Assembly: GCF_009914755.1 (NCBI RefSeq)
Contig: NC_060930.1
Direction: 5' to 3' (one strand)
Origin: the human T2T-CHM13v2.0 reference genome, Homo sapiens
Length of the DNA stretch: 64,000 bases
Numbering within the stretch: position 1 is the first letter of the stretch; every line of letters begins with the position of its first letter. The notes below the pieces were generated by a model. That model had not been told where the DNA came from. It saw only the letters and a list, made by a program, of their open reading frames with translations, and did not search any database. A program made the position numbers and the translations under genes. Positions 58,289 through 64,000 of the stretch are shown in pieces.

Positions 58289-59029
58289 AAGATCTCAGTT
58301 GGATTAAAAATATAAATTGGTAAACAATGCTCTTTCAGCAAATCTGATGGCAAATTACTTTTTCACTATAATTGAAAGAGATGTTATTACATTATAGCAT
58401 TTGTGATATGCTGAATTTATTTGCAGTGTTTATAATATCTCTCATATATTTTATGGAAGAATTTTAGTATGTGTTTATCAAATTAAAAATTGCCTCTAAG
58501 ATTGTTCATTCTGTTTTTAAACTTTATCACTGATTATAGATACAAGGCACTTCTATCATTTATTTTAAAGACTGTTTATTAACTTGTCTTTAGGCTAGTT
58601 CAGACTGCATATTGCTAAGAAATTAAGTGCTTTGGACAATCAGTAATTTGCATAATTATTGTTTTGGAGATAATTCTGTAGGGAATAGTCTGCATCTATG
58701 AATATTTATAAACTATCTGATTTATAAGCATAGAAACAATAAGTATAAGGTATTGTTGTCTAGTTGTTTGAAAGATAATAAAATATCCACAGAGAAAAAG
58801 TGTATTATCTTTGATACGGCTCAAATAACTTTATCACTAATCATATAATAGAAAAGAAACAGAGTAAGGGGAAATTTTCCATTATTTAGATTATTCTTTC
58901 ACTTTCAGAACACAGTTCCTGAAATACTCAGTATAGTACTTTATATTCGAGTGTGTGTATCTGTGTATGATGATGCATATGTAACATGTCTGCATGATGT
59001 ACAACATATCTTTGTATGATGAGATGTAA

Positions 59030-59232
59030 TCTAGATCAAGATCTGGCAAACTTAATGCCTGTGAATTGAATCAGGCCTCACTTACAGTTTTTGTGTATAA
59101 GGTTTTGTTGGAACATAGTAATGCTCATTCATTTGCATATTACTTTATATGGCTGCTTTAATGCTCTGTCAGCAGAGTTGAGCATGGCCTGCAAAGGTGT
59201 GCCCTTTAAAGGAAAAGCTTGTGACCCCTCAC
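59030..59232. mobile_element. MER58A-like
   Basis: ggcaaactt...taaggttttgttggaacatag...gctcattcatttgcatatt...gcagagttgag. Confidence 0.7.
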
Positions 59233-59941
59233 CTAGATATTAATTATATAGATTCAGCTGACCCTCATGCCCCAGAAACACTATGTTGCTGTATTTTTAA
59301 GTGTTCCATTCGGTAAATGCTTTTCTTTCTAACATACAGGAAAACTGAGGACAGTCTACAGGTATCAACTTAAACAAGATCCAATAAATCTTTTTGATCC
59401 TTATCTTGCATCTATATTTATAATCATAAGCATCCAAAGTAAAGATATATAAAACACATTAATTCAAAAACCAAATATTCTGTCATAAAATGTTGTAAAT
59501 TCTTTAGTGCTTTTTGAATACACAGGAATACCTGATTAATAGCTTGGAAAACTGAACACAAAACGTATTATACCCTTGATAGTATGCATTGTGACCCTCC
59601 AAAGCCACTCCGTCCATCACAAGAATAGTTTCCAACAATTCTCCTCCCTTATTTTACAACTGAAAAAAAAATGAGGAAAGCCAATTCCAATGTAACTATA
59701 AGAATATTTTATATCTTTATTTAAAGACTTATAATTTCAATAAAAATATTGAGTCAAATGACCTCAAGGGTTTTCTTAAATTTTAAAATCTTACAGTTTT
59801 TTTCAAGGTCATGTAAGATTTTATCAAACAAAAACAAATTTATACTTTTAAAGAACCAGTTTAATTTGTTATTAGTAATAAAAATGGCTGTTTTTCATAA
59901 GCTCATTCTCTGTAGAGATAAGTCATAAGAAAATAACTGCA

Positions 59942-60255
<314 letters not shown>

Positions 60256-62215
60256 TAAAGAGATATACCATGTTCATAGATTAAAACTCAAGATTGTTAA
60301 GATGTCGATTCTTTATAAATTCTCTAGACTCACTAAAATCACCAACAGTATCCCAGTAGGCTTTGTCTTTAGCAGAAACGGGTAAATTGATTCTAAAATT
60401 TGTATGGAAACATATGGGAATTAGAATAGCCATACACACAAAAATCTTGAAGTAGAGCGATGTTGAAGAACTCAGACAAACAACTTGACTTTAAGACTGA
60501 ATTTGAAGCTATAGCATTAAGGACAGGTCTGTTATTGGCATAAGGATAGGCAAATAGATTATTTGAATAGAATCAAACACATTTGTGGTAGTCTGTTATT
60601 AAAAGTCAAATCTACAACAAATGGTCCTAGAACCAACGGGAAAATGAACTTTTCCCCTTACATTACACATAAAAATATCAACATGTATCATAGATGTAAA
60701 TTTAAGACCTAAAAGAAAAGGCTTCTAGAAAAAAATAAGAGAATATCAATGTAGTTTTGGATATTTGAAGATTCCTGAGACAAGAGCAGAAATTCCCAAC
60801 CACAAAAGGAAAAAATAGATGAGTTGGATTTTATAATAATTATTTTTTTTCTCATCACAAGGTATTGTTAAGATAATAAAAACAAGGTAAAAACTTGAAG
60901 AAAATATTTGCAATATTTACATCTGTCAATCTGTACCTATACATAAATAATATATATTCCAGAATATATCAGTAATCTTACAAATCAGTAATAAAGACAA
61001 CCCAATAAAAAAGCTAATAAACTAGAACAGATACTTGAACAAAAAGAATAAAATGAATGGCCAATAAACATATGAAAAGGTGCTCAACATCATAATAGAG
61101 GTGCAAATTAAAATCACAGTAAATTACCGTTTAATACTCAAGAAATATCTAAAACTAAAAATTTTGACAAGAACAATGATTGATGAGAATGTAGAAAACT
61201 GGAACTTTCATATTGCTGACAGGTGTATGAAATTGTACAACTACTTGGAAAACATTTGGCAATTTTTTATAAAATTAAAAGTAGGTTTATCTTATAATCC
61301 AACAATTTCATTCCTAGATATTTACTCAAGAGAAATACAGATACAAAAAGCATGTTTATATTTGTTTGATTCATAGTAGATAAAAACTGAAAACAGCTCA
61401 ATCACTCATTAAAAGGACAATGAATAAATAAATGGTGGTATAGTCATACAACATAAAACTACTGGGCAATATGAAAGAGCAAATAACTGAAACCTGGAAC
61501 ATCATGGATGGGTCTCAAATTTTATGTCAAATGAAAGAAAGCAGACACAAAATACCACAAACAACCATATATTTCAATTTATATGAAGCTCAAGAACAGG
61601 CAAAACAAAAAACTGAAAGCAATCTAAATGCCCATCAATTGGATAAACAAAATGTAGCGTTTATACAATGAAATATTACTCAGTTAAAAAAATGAACATC
61701 TGATATAACTGATCCATCTGATACAAGAGGTAAAGCATTATGCTAAGTGAAAGAAGCTAGACACAAAAGATTACGTAGTGTCTGCCGGGCACGGTGCTCA
61801 CGCCTGTAATCCCAGGACTCTGGGAGGCCAAGGCAGTCAGATCACTTGAGGTCAAAAGTTTGAGACCAGCCTGGCCAACATGGCAAAACATTGTGTCTAC
61901 TAAATATACAAAAATTAGCTGGGCATGGTGTCGCACGCCTTTAATTCTAACTACTCTGGAGACTGAGGCAGGAGAATCACTTGAAACCAGGAGACAGAAG
62001 TTGCTGCAAGCCAAGATGGTGCCACTGCACTGCAGCCTGGGTGAGGGGGTGAGACTCTCTCTCAAAAAAAAGAAAATTACATAGTGTCCAATTCCATATA
62101 TATATACATGGAGTTTTTCAGAAAAGCCAAATCTATCCTGACAGAAAGCAGATCAGTGATTACTGGGACTGCGAGTGAGAGTAGGGATTGACTGCAAATG
62201 GATATGAAGGAACTC
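60256..62215 (+). mobile_element. Old L1M ORF2 3' end / 3'UTR
   Basis: gagatataccatgttcatagatt...tgattctaaaatttgtatggaaa...ggccaataaacatatgaaaaggtgctcaacatca. Confidence 0.85.
61783..62075 (+). mobile_element. Alu (AluS-like) in L1
   Basis: TSD-like attac(g/a)tagtgtc. Confidence 0.92.
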
Positions 62216-62623
<408 letters not shown>

Positions 62624-63359
62624 TAAACTTTGCTTGATTCTGAGGCATGAAGGAAACAGACATGGAAGAAGATGATGACTGTTAATTTTATCATATGTGA
62701 AGTGATTTCTGAGGCAGTAAAACATGCAGAAGCTTGAGGAGAGAGAGGTGATGTCAACACAGAATTTATTTGCTCCTAGATACACGTGATTAGTAAAAGG
62801 AAGTAAAATTAAGCATCTTTTATTTTTAAGAGGCCACATTTCTGCAGTGGAGACCATTGTCACTTTTTTTCAAGCCAGTACTTTAAGAAGTTTGTTAGGC
62901 ACATGGAGCTCTCCTCAGTTTACAACTAGAAGCACTATGAATAAGATAAGGTAAAAGTTTTTTGAGGAGTAATGAAAAGCTCATGTTTAATTGAGTAGTA
63001 ATGAATAAAAGGTGTATAGTCTACACCTAAAATTTTTTAACCTCATTTCTTATTCTCTATTGGATGCTCTAGAGGCAGAGCCTGAGAGAGGGATTCTTGT
63101 TCAAGTGACTCATTGAAGGAGTGTTCTCTGGGGAAGGAGAGTGAGGGATGTAGGACAAGACAGGGAATGTGTCTCAGCTGGAGACTGGTTTCACTCAGAT
63201 CCTATTGGGAAGGTCTGGGATGAAAATTACACTGAAAAGCTGGTCCCATCATGAGGTAAGTGGGTCCTTTTTACTCTTCTATCAGTTATTGGCTGAGGTT
63301 TCAAGGGCGGTAGTGTTGGAAAGTGTAGCCTTCCTGGTGTGGTAGCTTTCTTTGGTGAT

Positions 63360-63746
63360 TGTCTTAGTCTGTTCAGGCTACTATAACAAAATACCTTAAA
63401 CTGGATAATTTATAAATAATGTAAATATATTTCTCATGGTTCTGAAGGCTGGGAAGTCCAAAGTCAAGGCACCAGCAGATTCACTGTTACTGTCTGGTGA
63501 GGACCTGTTTTTCCCAGGTGGTGCCTTCTCTATGTCCTCACTTGACAGAAGAGGAAAAGGCAGTTCCCTTCAACCTCTTTTATAAGGGCACAAGTCTCAT
63601 TCATGAGGGCAGAGCTCTCATGACTTAATCACCCCCTAAAGGACTCACTTTTTAATATTTTTGCATTGGGGGTTAGGTTTCAACATGTGAATGTTTTTTG
63701 TTTGTTTGTTTGTTTTGGTGATGGGTACCAACATTCAGACCGTAGT
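63360..63746 (-). mobile_element. MLT1A/MSTD-like LTR, probably inside an older MLT1 starting about 63055
   Basis: tgtcttagtctgttcaggctactataacaaaatacc...ggctgggaagtccaa...ttaggtttcaacatgtgaat...aacattcagacc. Confidence 0.8.
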
Positions 63747-64000
63747 ACTTTCCAGGGAATGGAGTCATTTGTGAACTATTATCAACCTACACTCACAACA
63801 GCCAGAGGATGAGAGCACCTGCCTGAAAAGGGGCAGGGTCGCACAGTGTCCACTACAGTATAGTATAAAATACATAACTCTGGAGGGTTACTTTTTAGGG
63901 AAAGGTTATGTGCATGTTCAATTAAGTGTTTTAAAACTCTTTTCCCCTTATGCTTGGAAAAAGCTATTTTCTGAATCAAAACTCAGGATATTTTGTCAAG

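Overview
Primate (very likely human) genomic DNA, not prokaryotic. The first ~1.3 kb holds the 5' end of MMS22L on the minus strand, recognised from its N-terminal peptide MENCSAASTFLTDSLELELGTEWCKPPYFSCAVDNRGGGKHFSGESYLCSGALKR. It comprises coding exon 2 (237-476, ATG at 400), a 432-nt intron 1, non-coding exon 1 (909 to about 1100) and a CpG-island promoter with E2F, BANP/ZBTB33-type TCTCGCGAGA, CCAAT and GC-box motifs. The remaining ~62 kb is the upstream gene desert, which in human runs toward POU3F2 on 6q16. It is dominated by ~40 Alus, old L1/L2/MIR, MaLR and ERVL LTRs (including a complete THE1 LTR-int-LTR element with TSD) and hAT/Tigger DNA transposons. A repeat-poor block at ~22.7-26.7 kb looks like a developmental enhancer with a possible lncRNA exon. 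No other protein-coding gene, RNA gene or CRISPR array is supported; the ORF track is almost entirely Alu, L1, LTR or GC-rich noise. I found no new multi-gene system. The most unusual signals are: a ~32-nt copy of a sequence 2 kb away inserted into an Alu; four independent complex mutations at the same Alu position; a dense uORF/start-stop arrangement and a poly-C splice acceptor controlling MMS22L; a symmetric divergent promoter with a spliceable micro-ORF; and POU/SOX motif clusters. Repeat subfamily names and boundaries were read by eye and are approximate.
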